Assembly (NCBI GenBank): GCA_030753015.1
Contig: JASMDC010000002.1
Location: forward strand, 100,567 to 164,566
Reading direction: 5' to 3'
DNA from: Candidatus Undinarchaeales archaeon
Lineage (GTDB): Archaea; SpSt-1190; JASMDC01
DNA: 64,000 nucleotides
Shown here: positions 8,982 through 17,902 of the stretch, piece by piece
Layout: every line of letters starts with the position of its first letter
Position numbering within the stretch: position 1 is the stretch's first letter
Notes under the pieces: model-generated
The model's database searches: none
Told to the model about the DNA's origin: nothing
The model's input: the letters and a program-made list of their open reading frames with translations, nothing else
Program-made: the position numbers and the translations under genes

Positions 8982-10547
8982 TCACTCCATCTCGATGGTG
9001 GCCGGAGGCTTGTCCGTGATGTCGTAGAACACGCGGTTGACCCCCTTGACCTCGTTGACTATACGTGCGGCCATGGCCCGCAGGACATCCCAGTCGAAGG
9101 GATAGACGTTGGCCGTCATGGCATCGATGCTCTGGACGCACCGGATAGCGATGGCCTCATTATAAGTGCGGGCGTCGCCCATGACCCCTACCGTGCGTAC
9201 AGGCAAGAGCGCGGGGAAGTACTGCCACAGCTCCTTTGTGATTCCCGCGGCCGCGACCTCTTCGCGCACGATGCGATCGGCGAGGCGAAGGGTATCGAGT
9301 CGCTCCCTGGTGACCTTGCCCAGGCAACGTACTGCCAGACCCGGTCCGGGGAATGGCTGGCGGTCCACCAGCTCGCGGGGAAGGCCGAGTGTGGCACCGA
9401 TGGCACGGACCTCGTCCTTGTAGAGCTCGGCCAGTGGCTCGATTAGAGAGAACCGCATCCCCTCGGGGAGGGCCACGTTATGGTGGGACTTTATCTTGGC
9501 CGAGTGCTTGGAAGTGGATGCGCTCTCCACCCGGTCAGGGTAGATCGTGCCCTGGGCCAGGAACTCGATACGGCCCACTTTCTTGTCCAGGATCTTGGCC
9601 TTCTCCTCGAATACATCGATGAATGTGTGACCGATGATGCGGCGCTTCTCCTCCGGATCGGTGACGCCCTTGAGCGCCGTCAGGAAGCGTTCCGAGGCAT
9701 CGACGATATGGAGGTTCTTGACTGGCACGTTCTTGGAGAAGATATCCTCGACGAATGGCCGGTCGTTGTCCCGCAGGAGCCCGTTGTCCACGAACACGCA
9801 ATGGAGGGAGCTCCCAATGGCCTTGTGGAGGAGTGCCGCGACGACGGAGGAGTCCACACCTCCGCTAAGGCCCAGGAGCACACGCTTCTTCCCGACCTCC
9901 TTCTTAATGCGTGCGACCGTCTCTTCAACGAACGGAGCCATCGACCAGGTGCGAGCAGCTCCCGTTATGTCGAGGAAGTTCCCGAGGACCTTGCGCCCAC
10001 AGGGGGTGTGCGCGACCTCGGGGTGGAACTGGATACCGTACACATGGGAGTCCTCGCTACCGAAGGCGGCGACCGGACATGTGCTCGTGGTGCCGAGCAC
10101 CTCGTACCCCTCCGGCGGATCCTTAACAAGGTCGCCGTGGGACATCCACACCGTCTCTTCCTCCCATAGCCCTTCGAAGAGACCCGTGCGTCGCCGCGGG
10201 TAGAACGTGGCACGTCCGTACTCTCGCTCCTTTCCGGACTCGACGGTCCCGCCGAGCATCTTGGCCAGGAGCTGGTGACCGTAGCAGATGCCGAGCATGG
10301 GAATGCCCTCTTCCAGGGCGTACGAGAGTACCGCCTTGGGGAGTTTGGGCGCACCCTTCTCGTACACCGACGAGGGTCCGCCGGAGAGCACGATCCCCTT
10401 GATGGGAAGCTCCTTGAGCCGTTTGACCTTCACGGTGTAGGGGAGGATGAACGAGTAGACCCCCAGCTCCCGGAGACGTCGGGCGATGAGATGACAGTAC
10501 TGCCCGCCGAAATCAAGTACGACCACTACCTCGTCCTTGGTTGCCAC
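8982..10547 (-). CDS. guaA: GMP synthase (glutamine-hydrolysing), fused GATase + ATP-PPase domains
   Basis: LDFGGQY, GICYGHQ, QFHPEV, LSGGVDSS, QGTIYPD, IKSHHNV, RQPFPGPGL, KPPATIE. Confidence 0.97.
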   Translation of the reverse strand: MATKDEVVVVLDFGGQYCHLIARRLRELGVYSFILPYTVKVKRLKELPIKGIVLSGGPSSVYEKGAPKLPKAVLSYALEEGIPMLGICYGHQLLAKMLGGTVESGKEREYGRATFYPRRRTGLFEGLWEEETVWMSHGDLVKDPPEGYEVLGTTSTCPVAAFGSEDSHVYGIQFHPEVAHTPCGRKVLGNFLDITGAARTWSMAPFVEETVARIKKEVGKKRVLLGLSGGVDSSVVAALLHKAIGSSLHCVFVDNGLLRDNDRPFVEDIFSKNVPVKNLHIVDASERFLTALKGVTDPEEKRRIIGHTFIDVFEEKAKILDKKVGRIEFLAQGTIYPDRVESASTSKHSAKIKSHHNVALPEGMRFSLIEPLAELYKDEVRAIGATLGLPRELVDRQPFPGPGLAVRCLGKVTRERLDTLRLADRIVREEVAAAGITKELWQYFPALLPVRTVGVMGDARTYNEAIAIRCVQSIDAMTANVYPFDWDVLRAMAARIVNEVKGVNRVFYDITDKPPATIEME

Positions 10548-10630
10548 CAGAGATGGTGCGGACGACAGGTTTTAACTCTTTTTTGTTTTGGCGGGAAATC
10601 CCTCCACTTGGAGAGGGGTACTTGACAACA

Positions 10631-11446
10631 CTATTGCTCGGTCGTGCGGACCTTGCCGAGCCAAGCGACCAGTCGCTGGGCAAGCGCGGTCCGGACCTCG
10701 GAGAAGTTATGGTCGCCACCGAGCACGGCGTGGGACAGATGGCGGGCTCCCGCCCGCTCGAACTCGTCCACGAGAGGCTGGAGATGGACATCGGGAGGGG
10801 CGACCGTATCTCGGTTCCCTCCCAACAGGAGCACTCGTCTGTCCTTCAGCGCTGGTACCGTACGGGCAAGCTGCCAATCGGCCGCTAGAGATGCAGCCTC
10901 GTCAACCAATGCCGCTGCTGATGTCCCTGTGAGGGGGGCCATGCTCGCCTCTCCGAAGGAAGCAATGGCGTCTTCACGTGCCTCAGTATCGCCCGTGTGC
11001 GAGAGCGCGACCGCCCCGAAGTCGAATCCCGCGATGGACGCTGCGCCGAGGACGGCGGGATCACGCGCAGCGGCGTGGAGGGCAACGAATCCTCCAAGGC
11101 TGGCCCCGGCCAGCACTATACGTTCGCTGTCCACCCTGAGCTCGCGTGATTCAGGCCCCCGTAGGAACGCCAGTGCCGAACCTGCGTCCTCGATACAGTT
11201 CGCGATGGAGAACGTGCCCTCACAACCCCAGCATCCCCTGTAGGAGAACACGAGGACGTTCCATCCGGCCCGACGGACCTCATGCGCCAGGTCCCCGTTG
11301 CGTTCGTACCCGGGGAGCCCGTGGAGGAGGACGAGCGTCGGATGTGGGCCGGCACCCTCGGCCATCAGGATGGACCCGATGAGCCGGTCGCCATGGCTGG
11401 GGAAGAGCACAGCAGACATGGCAGGGGGATGCTCCAACGTGGTCAT
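10631..11446 (-). CDS. Alpha/beta hydrolase
   Basis: LLHGLPG, GASLGG nucleophile elbow, D and DHNF catalytic positions. Confidence 0.85.
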   Translation of the reverse strand: MTTLEHPPAMSAVLFPSHGDRLIGSILMAEGAGPHPTLVLLHGLPGYERNGDLAHEVRRAGWNVLVFSYRGCWGCEGTFSIANCIEDAGSALAFLRGPESRELRVDSERIVLAGASLGGFVALHAAARDPAVLGAASIAGFDFGAVALSHTGDTEAREDAIASFGEASMAPLTGTSAAALVDEAASLAADWQLARTVPALKDRRVLLLGGNRDTVAPPDVHLQPLVDEFERAGARHLSHAVLGGDHNFSEVRTALAQRLVAWLGKVRTTEQ

Positions 11447-11463
11447 GTTCTCACCGTCAAAGG

Positions 11464-11796
11464 CTACATCATCCCTGCTTCTTCCTTTCGGTTAGCGTAC
11501 GCCTCGATACCGTCCTTGCGGATCATCTCAAGACTGCCGACGCGGTCCGAGCGGAAGAGGAACCCGAAGATCTTGGAGATAATATTGTTCAGTTTCTCGC
11601 ACTCGTTGAGGTCGTCGTAGTCGCTGCACTCAGCGCACGTGGCGATCTCCTTTAGGATGCAGCACTTACGCACGTCGCACCAGCTGTTCCCCTCACCTTC
11701 CTTGCACGAAGGACATCTGCCTCGAGTGTGGGATCCGCAAGCGCCGCAGTAGAGACCGCAGTAGGCGACCAGTTCCACGGGTGTCTTGTCGGTCAT
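11464..11796 (-). CDS. DUF3795-type Cys-rich protein
   Basis: AYCGLYCGAC...CPSC...CDVRKCC...CAEC...C pattern. Confidence 0.8.
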   Translation of the reverse strand: MTDKTPVELVAYCGLYCGACGSHTRGRCPSCKEGEGNSWCDVRKCCILKEIATCAECSDYDDLNECEKLNNIISKIFGFLFRSDRVGSLEMIRKDGIEAYANRKEEAGMM

Positions 11797-11819
11797 GGGA
11801 TGAGGGGTAGATTCAAGAG

Positions 11820-12494
11820 TTATAAAGCCTGCCACTCGTCGTGGGGCACGGCCTTCCCTCCTGCCTGGATTGCCTCGTTCTGAGGGGGCACCACCGGCAC
11901 CGCTGTCCCAGCAGGTGGCGTGGGATCCTCAGGACCGGCATACCCCTCCGGTGGCCACCGCCATCGCCTGACGGACATCCCCGTGCTGACCACTACGTAC
12001 CCGGCCAGGCCCACCACCGCGCAGACGACGTAGAGGGGTGCGAGCACGAACATGAGCACGACGATCCCCCCGAGCTGTTGCTTGGGAGTGGCGGGCTCGG
12101 GATTGAACAGGGCGATGGTCCCCCATACCACCATGAAATGGAGGAGGACGGCGAACACGGCGATGCCCACGGGGAAGGAGAGGACAAGAGCGGCGCCGTT
12201 GTTTTCGGTCCGCTCATAGAGCCACCGGTTCGTCCATACCGCTACCAGGATGGGGATGACGATGACGTGCAAGGGGGTGACAGCGGCGATGGTCGCCACT
12301 ATGAAGGCGATGGACGCGTCCCGTACACTTCCCTTTGAGCTATAGTTGAGGAACGCGACGAATGCACCGACGGCGAGGCTGATGGTGACAAGAGGGTGTG
12401 GCCCTAGCGTGGCCAGGGTGGCGAGGATATAGTTATCAGCGATGTTGACGGGTGGTCCTTCAAGGCTTTTCAAGGTTTGTTGTGGATGGTCCAA
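11820..12494 (-). CDS. Hypothetical multi-pass membrane protein
   Basis: Four to five hydrophobic segments; fills the gap between genes on the same strand. Confidence 0.6.
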   Translation of the reverse strand: MDHPQQTLKSLEGPPVNIADNYILATLATLGPHPLVTISLAVGAFVAFLNYSSKGSVRDASIAFIVATIAAVTPLHVIVIPILVAVWTNRWLYERTENNGAALVLSFPVGIAVFAVLLHFMVVWGTIALFNPEPATPKQQLGGIVVLMFVLAPLYVVCAVVGLAGYVVVSTGMSVRRWRWPPEGYAGPEDPTPPAGTAVPVVPPQNEAIQAGGKAVPHDEWQAL

Positions 12495-12579
12495 GGCATC
12501 ATGAATATTGTTACTACTGAAAAGTAGTAAACTTTATATATCACGGACACCATATACATGGGTAATAATAGGTGAGAGC

Positions 12580-13638
12580 TTGGAGGGCAACGTTGGACCC
12601 TACCAGCTCGACACATATCACAACGTATCCCTCTCGACCTACACTGCACCACGCGCCGATCCTGAACTACGAAGGACCACCGGTCCTGATGGTAGCCCAA
12701 ACCACAGCTGGTACCCGGGTCCCAAGTACAGCGACGATGCATGCGTGGTGGACCCTGAGACCGAGATGGTCTACGAGCTCAAGCTGGACAAGGATAAGGA
12801 GGGTGTCGAGCGTCTGCTGAACGGGATGATCCTCTACGAGGACGCACGCTCGGGAAGACGCGAGGAGCTGACGCTCCGTAACTACCTCGGAGAAAAGGGC
12901 GTGGACAACCTCCTACCCTTCCTCGGCTACGGCTCGAACCGGAACCCGGCACAGATGGTCGACAAGTTCTCGGAGAAGAGCTTTTCAAAGTACGAGGAGC
13001 TGTTCGATATCAAGTTGACACCTGACGAGCATCGGGCAGCACAGGATCCCATCGTCATGGTAAAGGGAAAGGGCCCTGGGAACGTTGTGTACATCAACCG
13101 TGTATCCCATAACTACCAGCAGCCGTTCGCTCTCTACGTCCCTCCTTCAAAGGAGACCGCGGGAGAGGCAGAGGCATGGGTGACCTTCATCACCGATCGT
13201 CAGGTCCGACCTCTGCACGCGTCAGAGAACCTGTACAATCCTGATAGTCACTACGACCTCGTCAAGATGGCGGTGGAGACTCCCGTTGGTAAAATGGAAG
13301 CCCTCGCCTATGGCCAGGTGGGCACAACCCACGTGCTCACGAACGACAAGGGAGAGCCAGTTCGCCTGAGCGCCATCGACTCTTACGGCTCGACTATCAC
13401 CGATGAGCGGGAGACACCAGAGGTCATTGACATGATCCGGGGCTGGGTCAACAAGGACCTCGGGACGAGCTACTCGACCATCGAGGAGTTCCAGAACGAC
13501 TTCGAGAAGGACAAGGATTTCGCCAACCGGGTGAACGCCTACATCGCCAAGAAGCACTCCCGTGACATCGAGATCGCAGATGCGTTCGAGAAGGTCGAGG
13601 ATCCCGGAGCCCTTTCCGCCTGGAGCATTGCGCGCTGA
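12580..13638 (+). CDS. Hypothetical protein, possible gamma-glutamylcyclotransferase-like fold
   Basis: PFLGYGSNRNP resembles the GGCT YGS motif. A TTG start follows GGTGA, and the codon bias is coding-like. Confidence 0.55.
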   Translation: MEGNVGPYQLDTYHNVSLSTYTAPRADPELRRTTGPDGSPNHSWYPGPKYSDDACVVDPETEMVYELKLDKDKEGVERLLNGMILYEDARSGRREELTLRNYLGEKGVDNLLPFLGYGSNRNPAQMVDKFSEKSFSKYEELFDIKLTPDEHRAAQDPIVMVKGKGPGNVVYINRVSHNYQQPFALYVPPSKETAGEAEAWVTFITDRQVRPLHASENLYNPDSHYDLVKMAVETPVGKMEALAYGQVGTTHVLTNDKGEPVRLSAIDSYGSTITDERETPEVIDMIRGWVNKDLGTSYSTIEEFQNDFEKDKDFANRVNAYIAKKHSRDIEIADAFEKVEDPGALSAWSIAR

Positions 13639-13688
13639 GCTACTCCCAGGGGCAACCATTATAAGCTGTCCATGTCCTAGGCACCGCC

Positions 13689-14351
13689 ATGGCCGAGCTC
13701 CTGATGAAGGACACTCGTGAGCGTATCCGATGCGGTAAGATCGTGGCCCTGGCGCGCACGTACCGCAAGCATGCCGAGGAGATGCATGCAGAGCTCCCGC
13801 CGGACCCAGTGCTCTTCCTCAAGCCCGCATCCGCGGTCATCCACGACGGTGGCACGGTCGTGCTCCCAACCCGATCGCAAGATGTTCATCACGAGGTCGA
13901 GCTCGGGATCGTCATCGGTGACAGATGCAGCCATATCCCCGAGGAAGGTGCCCTGGACCACGTGCTCGGGTACCTGCTCGGTCTGGACCTCACCGCCCGC
14001 GACGTGCAGGCCGAGGCGAAGAAGAAGGGCCTGCCATGGTCCATCGCCAAGGGATTCGACACCTTCGCACCTCTCAGTCCCATAATCCCCCAGGACGCTG
14101 TTCCCGATCCACACGACCTCGACCTTGAGCTACGGGTGAACGGTCAGGTGCGCCAGAGCTCGAACACGCGCAACATGGTCCATTCGGTGGCGCGGATCAT
14201 CTCCTTCGTCTCTGACATAATGACGCTGGAGCGAGGCGATGTCATTCTCACCGGCACCCCCGAAGGCGTCGGGCCCGTAGTCGACGGCGACGTGCTCGAG
14301 GCCTCCCTGGGAGACCTCCTTACCATCAAAGTGGACGCCAAGCGTTCCTAG
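13689..14351 (+). CDS. Fumarylacetoacetate hydrolase family protein
   Basis: FLKP, HHEVEL, DLTARD, KGFDTF, GDVILTGTPEGVG. Confidence 0.93.
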   Translation: MAELLMKDTRERIRCGKIVALARTYRKHAEEMHAELPPDPVLFLKPASAVIHDGGTVVLPTRSQDVHHEVELGIVIGDRCSHIPEEGALDHVLGYLLGLDLTARDVQAEAKKKGLPWSIAKGFDTFAPLSPIIPQDAVPDPHDLDLELRVNGQVRQSSNTRNMVHSVARIISFVSDIMTLERGDVILTGTPEGVGPVVDGDVLEASLGDLLTIKVDAKRS

Positions 14352-15451
14352 AAGTATTCATCGTAGCCCTTGATACCCAGCTCGTCACGCACGGTGGCGA
14401 GATCCTTGAGAAGATTGGAATTGGCCGGGATGCCCTCCTGTCGGATGCGCTGCTCGTTTTCTCGTTCCTTCTCCCCCGCCACATAGATGCGGTCCTGGCC
14501 CGGTGCCTTGCGCGAGCACTGTAGCGCGCGCATGATGGCGCCGGTCGTGCGCTCGAACTCCTCCAGAGGGAGGAAGTGCTCCACATCGATGGCCAGGAAG
14601 AAGTGGCCTAGCCGGAAGTGAGCGGGCGAACCGTCCTCAGCGAATCCTGAGAGGTCCTTGAGGAACACACCGTTGCAGAACGATGCGGAGAGCACCTCCA
14701 CCATGGCCGCAAGACCGTAGCCTTTGTGGCCCCCGTGCTCCTCACCGGCACCACCGATGGCCAGGGCTGCTGCGTTGCCCTTGACCATCTCGCTGAGGAT
14801 GATGTCGGGGTCCGTAAGACATTCACCCCGAGGATCGACGATCGTCCCATCGGGCAGCGGCTTCTCCTCGCGAGCGGCGCACTCAACCTTTCCCCGCTGG
14901 ATGATGGCGGTCGCCCCGTCGAAGCAGAAGGGGAAGCCCTGGTCCGAGGGTGCGGCGAACGCGATGGGATTCGTGCCCATCATGGGCTCGGTGCCGAAGG
15001 TGGGCGGGATGGAGGGCCTTGCGTTGGTGAAACAGAAGCCCACCATGCCCTCGGCAGCCGCCATGAGCGGGTAGTACCCGGCGATCCCGAAGTGGGTACC
15101 GTTGCGCACCGCGACCGCACCTGTGCCGTACCGCTTCGCCTTGTCCATGGCCATGCGCATGGCACGATTGGCGATTGGGTGGCCCATACCATGGTGCCCG
15201 TCGATCAGTGCCGTGGTCTCCGTCTCCTTCACGATCTCGAACTCGGTGGTGGGCAGGTGCCGGCCCGAGACGATCCGGTCGTAGTAGTACTTCAGCCGTC
15301 CCACGCCATGGGACTCGATGCCCCGCAGATCGCTGGAGATGAGGACGTCGGTCGAGATCCGAGCATCCTCCTCCGGAACACCAAGAGCGATGAAGACGTC
15401 CGTCATGAAGCGTTCGACCACGTCGGTAGGAAGATACGAGCGTTCTGCCAT
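14348..15451 (-). CDS. Ldh_2-family (type 2 malate/L-lactate/sulfolactate) dehydrogenase
   Basis: DLRGIESHG, HFGIAGYY, GTNPIAFAAP, HKGYGL. Confidence 0.9.
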   Translation of the reverse strand: MAERSYLPTDVVERFMTDVFIALGVPEEDARISTDVLISSDLRGIESHGVGRLKYYYDRIVSGRHLPTTEFEIVKETETTALIDGHHGMGHPIANRAMRMAMDKAKRYGTGAVAVRNGTHFGIAGYYPLMAAAEGMVGFCFTNARPSIPPTFGTEPMMGTNPIAFAAPSDQGFPFCFDGATAIIQRGKVECAAREEKPLPDGTIVDPRGECLTDPDIILSEMVKGNAAALAIGGAGEEHGGHKGYGLAAMVEVLSASFCNGVFLKDLSGFAEDGSPAHFRLGHFFLAIDVEHFLPLEEFERTTGAIMRALQCSRKAPGQDRIYVAGEKERENEQRIRQEGIPANSNLLKDLATVRDELGIKGYDEYF

Positions 15452-15500
15452 AGGGTCGCTATGGGCCGCCTAGAGTTTTATTTGTTGTCCGGAGACGTTC

Positions 15501-16118
15501 TCACAGGTCCCGCAGGAACACGCGAGCAGGCGCACCTTCGCCGTCCTTCACCTTCAGCGGGGCGCAGATGAGCTCGTACCTGCCGGGGCTCACGTGCGAG
15601 AGGTTCAAACCCTCGATAATGACTATCCCCGCATTAAAGAGGGCCATGTGAGTGGGGTGATTCTGGCTGCCGGGAGGGTCCACGGAGAGGTAGTCCACAC
15701 CCACCAGCTTTACCTTCTTCTCGGCAAGGAACCGGGCGGCCTCCTCGTCCAGGTACACGTAGTCCTCCCTGAATGATCGACCCAAAGAGCCCGCGTTCCC
15801 CGTACGGAACAGCACCCGCTCGACACCGTCCCAGTGATGGGTGGTCAGCTCCTCCCGGGTGATGCGCCGGGGGTGGGTGACCTCCACGACCACCGCAGGG
15901 CCAACGAGCACGTCGGGTGGAATGGCATCGATGGTCGAGCCTCCCTCTACCATATGGGCCAGTGCGTCGACATGGGTGCCCGTGTGGGCGCCTAGTTGTA
16001 GCTTGGAGAGGGCGCACCCTTCGGCGACGGTCGACACGACCTCGCGCGTGAAGGGCGGATCGCCCGGGTAGATGGTCATGCCCTCACGCAGGCTCACGGT
16101 GATATCGTGGATCGCCAT
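15501..16118 (-). CDS. Cyclase family metal hydrolase (kynurenine formamidase-like)
   Basis: YPGDP, HTGTHVDA, GVDYLSVD, IIEGLNL, APARV. Confidence 0.9.
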   Translation of the reverse strand: MAIHDITVSLREGMTIYPGDPPFTREVVSTVAEGCALSKLQLGAHTGTHVDALAHMVEGGSTIDAIPPDVLVGPAVVVEVTHPRRITREELTTHHWDGVERVLFRTGNAGSLGRSFREDYVYLDEEAARFLAEKKVKLVGVDYLSVDPPGSQNHPTHMALFNAGIVIIEGLNLSHVSPGRYELICAPLKVKDGEGAPARVFLRDL

Positions 16119-16199
16119 GGTTCCCCTATCCCGCGCCCCCGACACGACCGGAGACTTTTATGTTTACTTGTTTGGTGTCAGCACATTCCAAGGTGGACA

Positions 16200-17165
16200 A
16201 TGATGAGCAAGGCTTGGGACTACCGGCTCGAACGGCGGACGATCAAGGGCATCCGGGTGTACCGGGTGGTGATGGAAGGCATACCCGAGCGGACCTACAT
16301 CATCGACGAGCAGTACGGCAGGGAGATGCTATTCAAGCCGTGGCTGGTCGGTGAGCCGCTCCAGGCCACCTCGCTCGAGGCCATGAAGAACGCGCTCAAG
16401 GTCGCGGCCGAGCTCGTCCCCCTCAACGACACGCCCCAGGGCGAGGTCGTCGAGGTCATCCTCCTCAGCGGGGGACTGTATTATCATATAGAGCGTGCCT
16501 TTCAGAAGGTGTTCGGCGAGCAATTGCCTATCAACTTCCTGGGCGTCAAGCGGCATCCAGTGGGCGACGATGGTGACTTCACCGCCGAGGTCACCTACAA
16601 GAACTTCGAGGCCATGCCCGAGACGGGACACATCCATCTCCTGACCGGCGATACGGTCGCCACGGGCAGCTCTGTCGAGGCCGCCTACGCTGCCATCCTT
16701 GAGGACTTCCAGCAACGGCCCGGGCTCAAGTGGGCATCGGCCAGCATGTTCAGCCTCGGCGGCTCAGGCCAGAGCCTCAAGCTGTTCAAGCGGCTAGAGG
16801 ACCGTATCCGTGAGGTATACCCCGCCTTCCACATGAACGTGTTCTACTCGACCGCTGCAATGGACATGAAGAAGGACGGTACGACCCTTTCTTTCCTCGG
16901 CCCCCACGCGGTGCACAGCGCTGACCTGCGCGAGGAGGTCATCGAGGCCCTGGGCCCCTACGTGGCCGAGCGCCAGTGCCGTATCGGTGACTGGGGGAAC
17001 CGCAACAAGAATCCCAGCGGGTACATCGAGGAGCTCGAGGGCGAGGTCGAGCAGTTGGCTGCCGGCAGCCCGGACGCACGTTCGCGTGAGGTCATCGACC
17101 AGATGCGCGAGCAGCTGGCGCTCATGAAGCAGCGCCTGGCCAGGTCCCTCAACTGCCGCTACTGA
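16200..17165 (+). CDS. Divergent type I phosphoribosyltransferase-like protein (UPRTase-like)
   Basis: ILLSGG and LLTGDTVATGSS PRPP-loop-like motif; C-terminal GDWG. Confidence 0.6.
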   Translation: MMSKAWDYRLERRTIKGIRVYRVVMEGIPERTYIIDEQYGREMLFKPWLVGEPLQATSLEAMKNALKVAAELVPLNDTPQGEVVEVILLSGGLYYHIERAFQKVFGEQLPINFLGVKRHPVGDDGDFTAEVTYKNFEAMPETGHIHLLTGDTVATGSSVEAAYAAILEDFQQRPGLKWASASMFSLGGSGQSLKLFKRLEDRIREVYPAFHMNVFYSTAAMDMKKDGTTLSFLGPHAVHSADLREEVIEALGPYVAERQCRIGDWGNRNKNPSGYIEELEGEVEQLAAGSPDARSREVIDQMREQLALMKQRLARSLNCRY

Positions 17166-17185
17166 ACCTGCAACGAAGGGGATCC

Positions 17186-17677
17186 TTAGCGGACCTCGAC
17201 ATCGAGCTCAGGATTCGCCTCGGCGAACTTCTTTCGGAAGGCGTCGGAGTCGAAGGTGACGGTCCGGGGCTCCGCGTCCAGGTCGACGTTGTAGTAGAAG
17301 AGGTGCGAGCCCTGTTCGATGTGATGGATGGCAGGGAACAGTAGGAGCGCACCAACGCCCATGAGCGGGAGAGGGAGGGAGCTAGTTCCGTCACCCAAGG
17401 ATCCGAAACCAAGGGCGATCATGAGCACAGAGCCGGCCAGGTACGGGGCAGCGGCGACCAGTCTGGCCTTCCGCGCTTTTCCCATGCAGTCGCTACAGAC
17501 ATGGGTCGTCGCCCATAGGGACTGGCCCCTACTTGCGGCCTTTCGGTCCTTTCCCTCGGCCCGGGATTCCGCGACTGGCTCCGCCTCCCAGCGGTTCTCC
17601 TCCTTATATAGCGTCGCGTCCTCTTCTGTCGCGCCGCATCCGATGCAGGCCGTGGGCCATTTCGCTTTCAACGCCAT
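17186..17677 (-). CDS. Hypothetical Zn-finger membrane protein
   Basis: CIGC and CSDC motifs followed by two transmembrane segments. Confidence 0.6.
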   Translation of the reverse strand: MALKAKWPTACIGCGATEEDATLYKEENRWEAEPVAESRAEGKDRKAASRGQSLWATTHVCSDCMGKARKARLVAAAPYLAGSVLMIALGFGSLGDGTSSLPLPLMGVGALLLFPAIHHIEQGSHLFYYNVDLDAEPRTVTFDSDAFRKKFAEANPELDVEVR

Positions 17678-17747
17678 GTGACCATCCTCATTAAGAGTAC
17701 CCCCCCGAAGAGTATGTTATAAAAACCATTTCGGACCGAGCCCTTGC

Positions 17748-17873
17748 ATGAAGGTTGTAGCTTTCAACGGAAGCGCCCAGAAGGACGGCAACACCGCCAT
17801 CCTCATCAACATGGTGCTGGACGAGCTCTAGAAGGAAGGGATCGAGACCGAGCTGGTGCAGCTTGCTGAGTAG
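17748..17873 (+). pseudogene. 5' remnant of a flavodoxin-fold (iron-sulfur flavoprotein / NADPH-FMN reductase) gene
   Basis: Reads [40 protein letters not shown], with in-frame TAGs at 17829 and 17871. Homology is lost after that. A TATA-like TTATAAA sits at about 17717. Confidence 0.8.
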
Positions 17874-17902
17874 TCGAGGGTCCAGCGGGGAGCGGATGTA
17901 CG

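Noticed and set aside
17829-17873. Amber (pyrrolysine) recoding suggested by two in-frame TAGs
   Set aside because: Many intact genes here end in TAG at their expected C-termini (e.g. gdhA, glgB, the FAH gene), and homology does not resume after the second TAG.
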